From the IMG/VR virus record IMGVR_UViG_3300035507_000332: a DNA stretch of 64,000 nucleotides; one strand, given 5' to 3'. Source of the stretch: a virus (taxonomy: Duplodnaviria; Caudoviricetes). The notes under the pieces are model-generated. The model worked only from the letters and a program-made list of their open reading frames with translations. It did no database searches and had not been told where the DNA came from. The position numbers were made by a program, and so were the translations under genes. Of this stretch, positions 40,237 to 50,114 are shown in pieces (position 1 is the first letter of the stretch; every line of letters begins with the position of its first letter).

Positions 40237-40724
40237 GGGGTCAACCCACCCATTTTGCAAAAAGAGAATTTTGCGCAATTTTGACGACTTCGACCCCCGA
40301 AAAGGTGAAATTTTCCTTGCAAAACCGAGATTTTGTGCGCTTTAGGGTAGCAGGGGTATTTTTGAATTTTCTTGACAATTGGGCGTAGCTGTGCGTGGGC
40401 TACCCTATTTTTGAATTTTGCATAAAACCAAATTGCCCATTGGGCTGCACTTTAGACGCCCCGATTATTGAAACTTCAGAGCGCAGGAAGTACACCCTGA
40501 TTATTGAAAGTGGGCAGAGAATTTTTCTTGACAGGGAAGTTTGGCACGACCCCCTCATTTTTGAAAACGCACAGCCCCATTATTGAAAACCGAGGTTAGA
40601 AAATCTTGCCACCGATTTTTGAAACGCTGGGGAATATATATGGGCGACGAGTCGACCCACCCATTATTGAAATTTCGCAGGGTATTTTGCAGGGTGAGAA
40701 TTCAGACTTCCCTATATATATATA

Positions 40725-41024
40725 GTGTGGTACAGTAGAGAGGTGATTGCATTACTAGAACTCAACGGTTGGTTAGTGCCATCGGCGGACGAATTGCCGA
40801 TAGTCTTTTGGTACAGCTTCAAGCAATTTGTGCTATACGGAATTCTCCTGCTACTGGTGTGTGAGGTACAGAAGATAGCTACAGGCAACATGAACGTAGT
40901 TCCAGGCAACAAAATTCTGTGTGTGGTCAAGACGTTAGTGACGATAGGAATGACGAGCCACTTATTTTCTTCACTAATATGCTTGACGTACTTGGGCGTT
41001 TTGGGTATAATTGCGGCGTTGTGA
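40725..41024 (+). CDS. possible small membrane protein
   Basis: 99 aa, strongly hydrophobic; its 3' end contains a promoter. Confidence 0.4.
   Translation: MWYSREVIALLELNGWLVPSADELPIVFWYSFKQFVLYGILLLLVCEVQKIATGNMNVVPGNKILCVVKTLVTIGMTSHLFSSLICLTYLGVLGIIAAL
40983..41011 (+). promoter_or_regulatory. sigma70 promoter of candidate sRNA-1
   Basis: TTGACG-17-TATAAT. Confidence 0.85.
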
Positions 41025-41168
41025 GAATCTCTCACAGATGCGTCATAGGAAACTGTGTTGTGCAACCGCATCCGTCTGGAGTTATCATAATCTAACAAAG
41101 GGAAACATATTAGGTAAAAGTTCAACCGTCGGACCTAGAGTTTAGGTTCGGCGGTTGTTCTTTATTTA
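41017..41168 (+). ncRNA. candidate small RNA 1 (~150 nt)
   Basis: Promoter, 5' hairpin TGTGAGA/TCTCACA, stem GATGCG/CGCATC, 15-bp terminator with G:U pairs; only a 35-codon ORF ending in the terminator. Confidence 0.6.
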
Positions 41169-41243
41169 AGCCTACTACTATATATATAGTGTGTGCAAAA
41201 AACTATCTTGCGCCCGAGTACGGTTTTGCTGTAAAATTTAATT

Positions 41244-41906
41244 ATGAGTACCGCATACTTCGTCGGTTCGCTCGACCCGACCAACCTTACGCCATCAACT
41301 GGAATTCTCATCCACGAAAGCTTCATTGACTACTACAGGGAAGGCAAGAAGATCGCCCAGGTACACATCGGACGTTCTTGCAATCACTACCCTTGGTTGA
41401 ATACCGACAAACGAACTGATATCGTCAAGTGGGCGCATGTCGGCGAGTTATATTCTTCCAGAGTCTGGAGAGCTTGCCGTAATGGTGAACTCAACCTGAT
41501 CGACTTCTTGAGCAATGACCGATTCTGGGTGGACGAATCTCTGGTGGCTAACAAGAAGAACGCCTCGCCTGAAGATGTCAAGCAAAAGCGTCTGCTCAAA
41601 AAAAAGAAAAACAAACAAAATAAAAAGCTTGACAAACTCGCAGCTAAAGAGGAATTCTCCGACATGGACTCTCCATCTTGTCAAGAAATTTCTAACCAGG
41701 ACGACTTCACCCACGACCTCCTCGATGATGATTCTCTCGGCGTCCTCGCTGTCTGTCAGACTATCGACTTCCTCGACGACTCGCCCACCGACTACGCCAA
41801 GAAACTGAACGAAGCTCTCTCCAACTCCTCGCCCACTTCAACTTCTGTCCTCACCGACGATTTCATCATTGAAGATTTTTTCACTCCTGAGCAAAAAAAT
41901 TGTTGA
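41244..41906 (+). CDS. hypothetical protein with Lys-rich and acidic tracts
   Basis: 220 aa. Confidence 0.75.
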   Translation: MSTAYFVGSLDPTNLTPSTGILIHESFIDYYREGKKIAQVHIGRSCNHYPWLNTDKRTDIVKWAHVGELYSSRVWRACRNGELNLIDFLSNDRFWVDESLVANKKNASPEDVKQKRLLKKKKNKQNKKLDKLAAKEEFSDMDSPSCQEISNQDDFTHDLLDDDSLGVLAVCQTIDFLDDSPTDYAKKLNEALSNSSPTSTSVLTDDFIIEDFFTPEQKNC

Positions 41907-41931
41907 CTCCTGCGCCCGACTGCGCTATAAT
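41903..41931 (+). promoter_or_regulatory. sigma70 promoter of candidate sRNA-2
   Basis: TTGACT-17-TATAAT. Confidence 0.85.
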
Positions 41932-41936
41932 TCCGT

Positions 41937-42186
41937 CGTTCCAAATAGGAATGAGTTGAGGTCAACCCCAACGGTTTGCCTTTTCGTTCATAGTTCGTCT
42001 TTCCGTTGTCGGCTGAACTCCTCATTCTAATTAGCGAACGGTCTGTCGTCGAGAGACGGTGGTATCCATGATTGAATTGAGTTAAAGCAGGTCTCTTGCT
42101 TCTCGCTCGGATTCTCTGAAGGTTTTTATTGTTGTTTCTTTTCCCTTCTGTGAGTTCGGCTGAAGTAGGAGGCCTGTTTTATTTTT
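41937..42186 (+). ncRNA. candidate structured antisense RNA 2 (~250 nt)
   Basis: Two long hairpins with pyrimidine-rich loops, GAGA tetraloop hairpin, 19-bp closing stem with 4 G:U pairs then U-tract. Confidence 0.75.
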
Positions 42187-42190
42187 CGCT

Positions 42191-42690
42191 AAAAACCCCT
42201 GGGAATTTTTGAAAGCCCTAAATAATGCGTGCGCTCCGCTGCTCGCTCGATTTTTCGGAGGTGCGTACTACTACAGTTGGTAAATTCCCCTGCTGTTGGA
42301 CAAATTCCCCTGCGAATTTTTTGTCGCCTAAATAATAGACCTCGCCCATTTTCTCAAAATTCCCCTGGACTTTTTTCGCTTCCCTAAATATACTTCCCTG
42401 TGCAAAATTTCTGCGCCTAAATAATGTAGGTGCGTATTCGACAAAATTCCCCCGAGATTTTCGTGCGCCCTAAATAATACGTCTTCGCTGAAGGCTCAAA
42501 ATTCCCTGCGAATTTTTTAACGCCTAAATAATGAGCCGAGCCTCGGCTCGGTGCTCGTAAAGGGAGGTGCGTGTTATACATAAAAACCCCTGGGAATTTT
42601 TGAAAGGCCCAAATAATATACGTGCGCACGTGCGTGCGTGATGAAAAGGGAGGTGCGTATAGGTATGGGGGTGCGATAAAAATTTTATAT
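42191..42690. repeat. cluster of ~7 degenerate boundary-element units
   Basis: AAA(TT/AA)CCCCTG(G/C)GAATTTTT...CC(T)AAATAAT; three units end in GGAGGTGCGT. Confidence 0.85.
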
Positions 42691-42945
42691 GCCGAGGCAT
42701 AAAATTTTATACAGCTTGGAATTCTTGACTGCGCAATACATTATTTCTGGGGTCAAGTTTAGAAGCTGATCAGGTACGGTTGAGGACTGAACAGACGATT
42801 GAACAGATCTCCCCACGGATGGGCTAGAAATAGGCTTAAAACTAGCCCTTGCTGTACGGATGGGCAGTTGTTCCACTCCGTACCCTAAGGCGGTTTCTAG
42901 GCTATTCTAGGAGCTTCTGTAGAAACTAGCCACTTCATCAGGGCA

Positions 42946-42975
42946 CAAAAAAACCCCACCCCCGAAGGGGTGGGG
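42946..42975 (-). terminator. C(UUCG)G terminator, representative of a ~7-copy family
   Basis: CCCACCCCTTCGGGGGTGGG + U-tract; also ~44200, 46243, 47006, 47668; no U-tract at 44647, 45013. Confidence 0.9.
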
Positions 42976-42984
42976 CTGAGAGCT

Positions 42985-43299
42985 TCAGAGTTGGTTCTTG
43001 ATGATGAACTTGATTCCGTTCTTCAGTTCGTAAGTTTTGAAGTGCGGATTCTCTCCCCACGCAAGGCAATCAACCATGATTCGAGAGACTGAACGCTTGG
43101 GATTGCGGACATTAAGGACTGCGTCCTTGCAGTTACCGTTGTAAACTCGGATAGTGAATCCGCTTGCTTCTTGGCGCATGGTGATGCGTTCTCCGTACTC
43201 ACCCCAGAACATCTGAGAGTTGATGTAGTCCAGAATTGCTTCCTTGACTCTAGCGACTGCTTCAGCGTCGCTCCGTACTTGTTGTTCTTTTTCAGTCAT
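42985..43299 (-). CDS. early hypothetical protein
   Basis: Own promoter, hairpin and terminator. Confidence 0.8.
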   Translation of the reverse strand: MTEKEQQVRSDAEAVARVKEAILDYINSQMFWGEYGERITMRQEASGFTIRVYNGNCKDAVLNVRNPKRSVSRIMVDCLAWGENPHFKTYELKNGIKFIIKNQL

Positions 43300-43548
43300 A
43301 GCGATGATTGAACTTGTGGTTCAGGCGAAGGGAAAAACCGCTCTCCCTTGCAACTGCGCATATTATAGCCGAACTCTGAACTAAGGTCAAGAACTTTTGA
43401 GAATTTTATTCAATATTTATTTTACAGCAGGAGGAACTTTTCCCTTGACAAAAAAACTTCTTGACAGTGGTTCAGAATTCCAGAGCTTTTGAGCTGATCA
43501 ACCACGGCACAAAAAAACCCCTTGACAGAAGCCAAGGGGTTGAGTGGT

Positions 43549-44034
43549 TTAGAAGCTTTCGTCTTTTGGATACTTACTCGCTCGCTCCTTCACTAAACGG
43601 TTGATGCTTTTGATGAGCTTGTAGTATTTCTTCCAAGTGACTTGAGTTTCATCATTGATGAAGTCGAACTTGGCAACCGTGCGGAATCCGAACTTGTCGT
43701 TCTTTTGGACTTTGCCAAGCATTGCGTATCCCTTGGTCACTTGGTGCTTGCCGTCTTGAGAAAGATTGAAGCTGAACTGAAAGAGTAGTTCCACAAAGCG
43801 GAAGTCCAGATAGTCCATATTGAAAAGCTTTTCCAAGTGGGACAAGTATTCAAAAACGATTGACTTGACGTCTTGACGGCTGAGATTCAGCTTGGGAAGA
43901 ACGGCTTCTGTTCTCTCTGCCACATCCAAGAATTCAAGGAGGCGGTTGAGGTGATAGCGAGTGATGAGCAGGTTTCCCTTCTCATCGGTGATTCCCTGAA
44001 GTGGGAAACGGCGGATATTTCTAGGGTCTTCCAT
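43549..44034 (-). CDS. early hypothetical protein
   Basis: Complete cassette. Confidence 0.8.
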   Translation of the reverse strand: MEDPRNIRRFPLQGITDEKGNLLITRYHLNRLLEFLDVAERTEAVLPKLNLSRQDVKSIVFEYLSHLEKLFNMDYLDFRFVELLFQFSFNLSQDGKHQVTKGYAMLGKVQKNDKFGFRTVAKFDFINDETQVTWKKYYKLIKSINRLVKERASKYPKDESF

Positions 44035-44257
44035 GATAGGAGAATGATTTGAGTTGATTGCAAGGGAAAGCGTATCCCTTGCGAACTGACGGCATTATAC
44101 AGCAGAAGCTTGTGGCAGTCAAGAATTTTTTTAGAATAGAATTCAATTTTTTTGATCAGCGGAAGGAAAGATTTTCCTTGACAGGTACTAACAAAAAACC
44201 GCACCCCCGAAGGGATGCGGTTGGCTAGTAGTTGGCGGTTGTCAAGTAGAAAGTGAA

Positions 44258-44626
44258 TTATTCTACAGTGTAATTTTTTTGCCCAACTGGAAGGATTTGG
44301 CTTGACACGTGAGCATATTCACGAAGGGCGCAGTATCGGCAGAAGTTTTCCAGAAGCAGGTTGTTACCGTCAAAATCTGGTGCGTTCAGAGTAGCTTGAA
44401 AGTACTCATCCCAATCTGCCACGGAGTGGCATTCATCACCAATCAGGAGAAACGATTCTTTCCAGTCTTGGCGGTTGGTTTCCACGACTCGCATTTCAAC
44501 AGAAACTGTTCTTTGGTCATTGATGCCGAAGATGCGGAAGTCATGAATTTTCTTGACATTTGGAATCATGCTAGGATAGGTAGCTTCTGCCGTCATCATT
44601 GCGGAATTTGTGATAGTTTGAATCAT
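44258..44626 (-). CDS. early hypothetical protein
   Basis: Third gene of unit from promoter 45764. Confidence 0.75.
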   Translation of the reverse strand: MIQTITNSAMMTAEATYPSMIPNVKKIHDFRIFGINDQRTVSVEMRVVETNRQDWKESFLLIGDECHSVADWDEYFQATLNAPDFDGNNLLLENFCRYCALREYAHVSSQILPVGQKNYTVE

Positions 44627-44695
44627 AGGATTGAACTTGAGGTTGACCCCACCCCCGAAGGGGTGGGAAGTGCGGTTATTATACAGAAAAGCGGT

Positions 44696-44974
44696 TTAGT
44701 CGTCAAGTAAAAATTCAGTGCCTGGAAGCATACCGTAAACAGTGTGACAATTACAGAACATACGCTTCAAGTAGTTTACTTGTTCTTGCGTTGAGGGATG
44801 CCCGAAGTAGTGAGAAATTTTCATGGCGTACCATTCAGGGATAACCATTGCTTGAGGGAATTTCTTGAGTATCTTAGAAGCAACAGTTTCTGTTGTGATA
44901 ATAACCGCTTCATTGAACTTTTGGTGAGTTCTGGAATCATAGATAGGAGCAAGAACGAAGGTCTCTATTTTCAT
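44696..44974 (-). CDS. early hypothetical protein
   Basis: Start moved to MKIETF. Confidence 0.7.
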   Translation of the reverse strand: MKIETFVLAPIYDSRTHQKFNEAVIITTETVASKILKKFPQAMVIPEWYAMKISHYFGHPSTQEQVNYLKRMFCNCHTVYGMLPGTEFLLDD

Positions 44975-45042
44975 TTCTAGGAGGGGTTTAGATGCTAAGT
45001 GGGGAAGAGTTGCCCACCCCCGAAGGGGTGGGCTTGTAGGCT

Positions 45043-45708
45043 TTAGTATGAGCCAGGAACTGAGTTGCAGTGCGTATGCCCTTCTGTGTACTTGCTGAGG
45101 TGATAACGTCCGTTGATTGCACCACTGAAGCAAGCCTTGCCATTGCAACCACGGTATACCGTGAGGCGGATCTTCTGAGGTTCACCCACAATGCGTGAGG
45201 GGTCAGGGATGATTTCTTCATACATGCGGTCAGAGGAAACAACCTTGTGCCCAATTTCCACGATTTCAGCGGTCATACCCTTGACGGAAAGCACCTTGTA
45301 GAAGTCGGTAAGGGTGCAGTCATAACCGTATTGAGAAACAAGGATTGCGCCTGCCTTGAAGTACCCACGAGCGTTTGGTTCTGAGTTGGCAAGGGCTTCT
45401 TCCTTGAGGGCTTGACGTTCTGCCTTGGCTTGGTCACGCTTGGCTTGCTTCTTGGCTTCCTTGCGTGCGAAGTAGGCTTGCACATCAGAGATTGTTGAGT
45501 TGGTGAAGCACTTGGCGTTGGAAGTGCACCACTTAGACATGAGCTTGGAAACGTTCATGCTGTAGACGTCTGAGCCAATAGCAAGGAGGACTTCTGAGCC
45601 GTTGGCGGTGAATGCGGTTTCAACTTCAGCAGGGATTTCCACGTAGTGGCGAGCGAGGAAAATCTTGGCTTCAGTGACGATATCGGAGGTTGCGAACTTG
45701 TGGTTCAT
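45043..45708 (-). CDS. early protein with G.IL...YGYD.T..DFY.V domain
   Basis: Complete cassette; motif recurrent in phage hypotheticals. Confidence 0.8.
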   Translation of the reverse strand: MNHKFATSDIVTEAKIFLARHYVEIPAEVETAFTANGSEVLLAIGSDVYSMNVSKLMSKWCTSNAKCFTNSTISDVQAYFARKEAKKQAKRDQAKAERQALKEEALANSEPNARGYFKAGAILVSQYGYDCTLTDFYKVLSVKGMTAEIVEIGHKVVSSDRMYEEIIPDPSRIVGEPQKIRLTVYRGCNGKACFSGAINGRYHLSKYTEGHTHCNSVPGSY

Positions 45709-46279
45709 GGTAATCTAGGAATTGAGTTTGTGTATCAGGTGACCATCACCTTCAACGCCGTTTATTATATCCGAAGTTGACGAGAGAGTCAAGAAGTTTT
45801 GAGAAAATAATTCAATATTTTTTCAGCACCCAAAAAACAGGGGTAGATCATGGAACAGCCGAAGTTGGTTTGACGTGTCAAGTGAAATTTTGTCAAGCAG
45901 AAAATTCATCTGAGCAGATCAACCCCACGCTATCGAAGAAGCTGTTCTGCCGTTGGTCTGTCAAGAGAAAAGTTCAGTGGCAAAAGTGAGGGGTTCAGCA
46001 AAAGCCTGTCAAGAGAAATTTTCAAGGGGTAGATCAACGGTATAGTTCAATTCCCTAGTTCAACTACAGAGTTCAACTAGGCGGTTGAAGTTGGTAGATC
46101 AACCTTGGTGACATCGGATGCTATTTCTTGGCGTTGGTACGTACCAACGGAAGGCGTCAAATTGCCCTTCTTAGGCGTTGGTACGGTCAAGGGGTAGATC
46201 AGCTAGCGAGATCTCACCAAGGCTATTTCTAGGCACAAAAAAACCCACCCCCGAAGGGGTGGGCTGAATGGTGGGCGGT

Positions 46280-46663
46280 TTACTTAGTTTGGAACTTTTC
46301 AACGAACTCCAGAACACAAGGTCTGCCGACTCTCAAAAGCCAATAGATAGCGTCTTCATAGTTGCGTGCCCTCTCCAGGCGCATGTCGTAGTAGGCTTCC
46401 CAAACGTTCATTGTTTCAGTTTCCAGAACGTAAGCCTTGAAGCGTACCAACTCCATGTCTCCATCCTTGAAGGTGAACAGTTCCACGGGTTCAGAGATAG
46501 GCAGGAACTGTCTTTCGTCAAACTCAAGTTCAACGATACCTTGGCAAGCAAGGAAGAACTTGAGGCGGTCAAGCTCAACCGTCTGGTTGGCAACGGATGT
46601 GAACTGACTCCAAGGGAACGTACCGTCGGCGAACTCTGCGCCGTTGTTAACTAGTGAACTCAT
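46280..46663 (-). CDS. early hypothetical protein
   Basis: Complete cassette. Confidence 0.8.
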   Translation of the reverse strand: MSSLVNNGAEFADGTFPWSQFTSVANQTVELDRLKFFLACQGIVELEFDERQFLPISEPVELFTFKDGDMELVRFKAYVLETETMNVWEAYYDMRLERARNYEDAIYWLLRVGRPCVLEFVEKFQTK

Positions 46664-47039
46664 AATCTCTAAGGGATGAGGTTGGCGTTGAGGTGAAACC
46701 TTATCACCTGCAACGTGCCCATATTATAACCGAACTTGCCTCCAAGGTCAAGAACTTTTGAGAAAAAAATTGAATATTTATTTTCACGGCATGGAAAAGT
46801 TTTCCTTGACAAGGGTTCAGAAAATCAGCTGATCAGCTACAGGCGCAGGCGTAAAAAAACACTTGACAGGGGTTCAGAATTTTTCACAAATTGCGACGAT
46901 CGACTACAGGCGCAGGTTAATTTTTCACTTGACAAGCTTCTTGAATTTCAGCGAATCGACTACAGGCGCAGGCGAACTTTTCACTTGACAAGGGCACAAA
47001 AAAAGCCCACCCCCGAAGGGGTGGGCTGAGTTGGTCACC

Positions 47040-47399
47040 TTAGGCGATATAGAATTCCGTGCTCATGTAGCTGAGCGTATTGCGGAAGGAATCAACCTCC
47101 CAACAGAATGTCTTTTCAGGGTAATGAGTCCCAAAGATGATTTGGCGGAGATCGTCAAGGAGTTCGTCCAGGACAAGGGCTTCAGCCTTCTTTTCTTCAC
47201 TGTAGCGAACTTCAGCGGAGACTTCATAGTAGGTGCGGTTATCGTCTTGAATCTCGATGAGGTCAAGGCGTGAATCGGAGTCAAGCAAGTCCTTCACAAT
47301 GGCGGAGTCAAGCTTGATTGAGGCTTCCTTTACCAAGGCTTGAATTGCTTCAAATTGCTTGGCGGAGACGGCAACGGCGGTATCGGCGATATCTAACAT
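47040..47399 (-). CDS. early protein, paralog of 50115..50477
   Basis: MLDIA...Y.VS....Y.EE...L..LL..L..I. Confidence 0.8.
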   Translation of the reverse strand: MLDIADTAVAVSAKQFEAIQALVKEASIKLDSAIVKDLLDSDSRLDLIEIQDDNRTYYEVSAEVRYSEEKKAEALVLDELLDDLRQIIFGTHYPEKTFCWEVDSFRNTLSYMSTEFYIA

Positions 47400-47701
47400 A
47401 ATCGTGCGGAATTGAGGTTCGTTGTAGATCCAACGTCTTGTTGGTCTCACAACAGGGCGTATTATATCCGAAGTTGAAACTAGAGTCAAGAACTTTTGAG
47501 AATTTTCTCTAATATTTTTTTGATCAGGGCAAAGAAACTTTTCTCTTGACAGGCTTTTGAAAATTGAGCTGATCAGCTACAGGCGAGCGCAAAAAATTCT
47601 CTTGACAGGGGTTCAGAAAATCGACTGTTCAGCGATGAAACTTTTCACTTGACAAGGTACAAAAAAACCCACCCCCGAAGGGGTGGGCTGAGCTTTGGGG
47701 T

Positions 47702-48100
47702 TTAGGCGTGAAACTTAGCCTTGGTGGGAATCCATTCTTCAGTGTAGATTTTCATCTCCTTGTGGACTCGTTCCAGTAGCTCGATGAATTGCTCAACCTC
47801 GTCCAGGTTGTGGAGGATGTATCCCTTCTCGTCCTTGGTCCAGGTCATGACGCATTCATCCATCACATAGCCGAATCCAGAACTTAGAACTTCAAGGGAA
47901 GTGCGGAACTTTTCATATGTGAAGTTGAACATTTCCAAGAGGTCAAGCGAGCAGGTGGCGAAGCTGAGCGTTATCTCAAAATCACGTTGGCTTCTTTTGC
48001 CGTTGCGGACTTCTTCAAGGCGAGTGCGAAGCGTCTTTGCGGACTTCTTCAACCAAGTTGAGACATAGGAGCGAGAGTAGTTTTTGGGCAACTTGCGCAT
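47702..48100 (-). CDS. early protein, paralog of 50847..51221
   Basis: YSRSY...LK..A..L; TWT; NL....FIE. Confidence 0.8.
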   Translation of the reverse strand: MRKLPKNYSRSYVSTWLKKSAKTLRTRLEEVRNGKRSQRDFEITLSFATCSLDLLEMFNFTYEKFRTSLEVLSSGFGYVMDECVMTWTKDEKGYILHNLDEVEQFIELLERVHKEMKIYTEEWIPTKAKFHA

Positions 48101-48372
48101 AATGGTGTATGATTTGAATTGAGGCGTTGAGGTGAAACCTTATCATCTCGAACGTGCCCATATTATACAGCAGGAAAGAACGAACGTCAAGAACTTTTGA
48201 GAATTTTGTGCAAATTAAGCTGATCAGCCACGGCAAAACTTTTCACTTGACAAGGGGTCACAATTTAGGCGGATCAGCTATCAGCAGGAGCTTAAAAAAC
48301 ACTTGACAAGGGTTCAAAAAACCCCCACTTCTGATGAAGTGAGGGCTGAGATCGTCGCTTGGTGAGAAGGGT

Positions 48373-48672
48373 TCAGATTGCGCCTATAACTTGGGATTGC
48401 CATCTTGTGCCGTCTTCACTAGGCTTGAAGTTCAAGGCTATTCCTAGGAGCTTCTGAGCTGATTGTTGAAGCGTACAGATGAACTTTTCAACGTTTGGAT
48501 ACTGGTTCGTTCTGTCGTTGATGAGGACTTGGAAGCCTGTTTCTTCAGCGGATACTAGCTCACAATAGATAGAGCCGAATCTCTTTCCTTGGCGACTAGC
48601 AGAATCATTTGTCGAGTCAAGAAGGTTGGCGAGATCGTAGATAGTGGCAAGTTGGGTGTAGTAGGTAATCAT
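48373..48672 (-). CDS. early hypothetical protein
   Basis: Start moved to MITYYT after intergenic hairpin. Confidence 0.7.
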   Translation of the reverse strand: MITYYTQLATIYDLANLLDSTNDSASRQGKRFGSIYCELVSAEETGFQVLINDRTNQYPNVEKFICTLQQSAQKLLGIALNFKPSEDGTRWQSQVIGAI

Positions 48673-48729
48673 AGTTTTTTGAGGGTAAAGGTTACCCCTT
48701 GGCTTGGTAGCCAAGGGGTGAGGGTTGAT

Positions 48730-49134
48730 TTACTTGGTGCGGTCAAGGAGTCCAAGCTCATCAAGGAACTGAACTTGTGTGGTGATTGCTTCCTTGAGTT
48801 CGTTGTAGAAGGTGCGGAAGCGTTCAATTTGAGCTTGGGAAGGCTTCCCATCCTTGGCGAGCTTGAGGAGCTTGTAGGAGAAGGAGGACTTGCAAAGCCC
48901 TGTTGCAATGTCGGCAACGTGAACGGTTACGTTCAGCTTTTCAGCGGAGAGTGCGGAGATCTCAAACTGAATGCCAAGGGCAGGAACTTTTGCCGTGCGG
49001 ATAGCGAGCAGGCGGATAATCTTTGCCATGTTTTCGCTTGAAAGGTCAAGGAAGTAGTAGGCGATGTGCTTATCTACAATCTTGAGGGAGTCGCAGATGA
49101 CGATGAGGGCGTAGGCAGAAGCGGATGCGGTCAT
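48730..49134 (-). CDS. early hypothetical protein
   Basis: Start moved to MTASAS. Confidence 0.75.
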   Translation of the reverse strand: MTASASAYALIVICDSLKIVDKHIAYYFLDLSSENMAKIIRLLAIRTAKVPALGIQFEISALSAEKLNVTVHVADIATGLCKSSFSYKLLKLAKDGKPSQAQIERFRTFYNELKEAITTQVQFLDELGLLDRTK

Positions 49135-49424
49135 AGTAATGAATGATTGAATTGATTGCTGAGGTGAAACCTTATCACCTTCAACGCCGTCAATTATAAC
49201 CGAACTTGTGGGCAGAGTCAAGAACTTTTGAGAATAAAATTGAATATTTTTTCAGAGAGTAGATCAACCGCCTAAAAATAGATCAACTGTAGAGTTCAAT
49301 TCCAGAGTTCAACTAAGCAGTTCAACTAGGCGGTTAACTTGTGTGAATAACTTTTCCCTTGACAAGTGGGCACAAAAAACCCCTTGACATGAGCCAAGGG
49401 GTTGGGCGGTTCAGTTGTTAGGGT

Positions 49425-49862
49425 TTAGATTCTAAGTCCTTGGTGACGGACTCTGTTTTCTGTATCCCTGACAAGATAGAAGTCTGAGCGGATAGAATTG
49501 AAGCCGAACTCGTCTTCTTGCCCTACTCTGTAGCCGAACTCAAAGTTCTCTGGAACTTCACCTTCAAGCTTGCTGAGCAGGAACTTTTCAATCGTTGCCG
49601 TCAAGTCTGCCATGAATGGTTCAAAGATTGGGAGGTCGTCTGAGCCGTTGGTCAAGAACAGATGAACAAAGCCTTCAACGTTGGTGAGATCAGCCTTGCC
49701 GTTGGCGGTACACTTAAGCAGGTTGAATGCTGAGGTGTAGGAGCGGACAATCTTTTCAATGCCTTTATACGTTTCATAGGAAACGTAGATTCTGTTGTTG
49801 TCGGCGTCGAATTGAACAGGAGCGACTGGATTGACTGATTGAGTTGTCTTTGCGTTTGACAT
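49425..49862 (-). CDS. early hypothetical protein (leaderless)
   Basis: ATG 6 nt after TATAAT. Confidence 0.8.
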   Translation of the reverse strand: MSNAKTTQSVNPVAPVQFDADNNRIYVSYETYKGIEKIVRSYTSAFNLLKCTANGKADLTNVEGFVHLFLTNGSDDLPIFEPFMADLTATIEKFLLSKLEGEVPENFEFGYRVGQEDEFGFNSIRSDFYLVRDTENRVRHQGLRI

Positions 49863-50114
49863 GCCCATATTATACAGCAGGTTGTTTCTAAGGTCAAGAA
49901 TTTTTTAGCATAAAATACAATATTTTCGTGAGGGTAGAATCTGCCGTTGGTGCGAACAGTGAGGAGATCAGCCAAGATTGTTTCTTGGCGTCTAGAATCG
50001 ACTGTAGCAGGGGTTCAGGGGTTGAGGGGTGTAGTTGTTAGGCTTGCGGTTGATCAGCTTCAGCAGGGCACAAAAAAACCCCTTGGCGAGTGCCAAGGGG
50101 TGAGGGTCATTTTC

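Noticed and set aside
42645-42680. AAGGGAGGTG in the boundary element as an SD for mini-ORFs
   Set aside because: ATG follows in only two copies, with unrelated peptides
42191-42690. Repeat cluster as a CRISPR array
   Set aside because: Units are degenerate with irregular spacing; no cas genes
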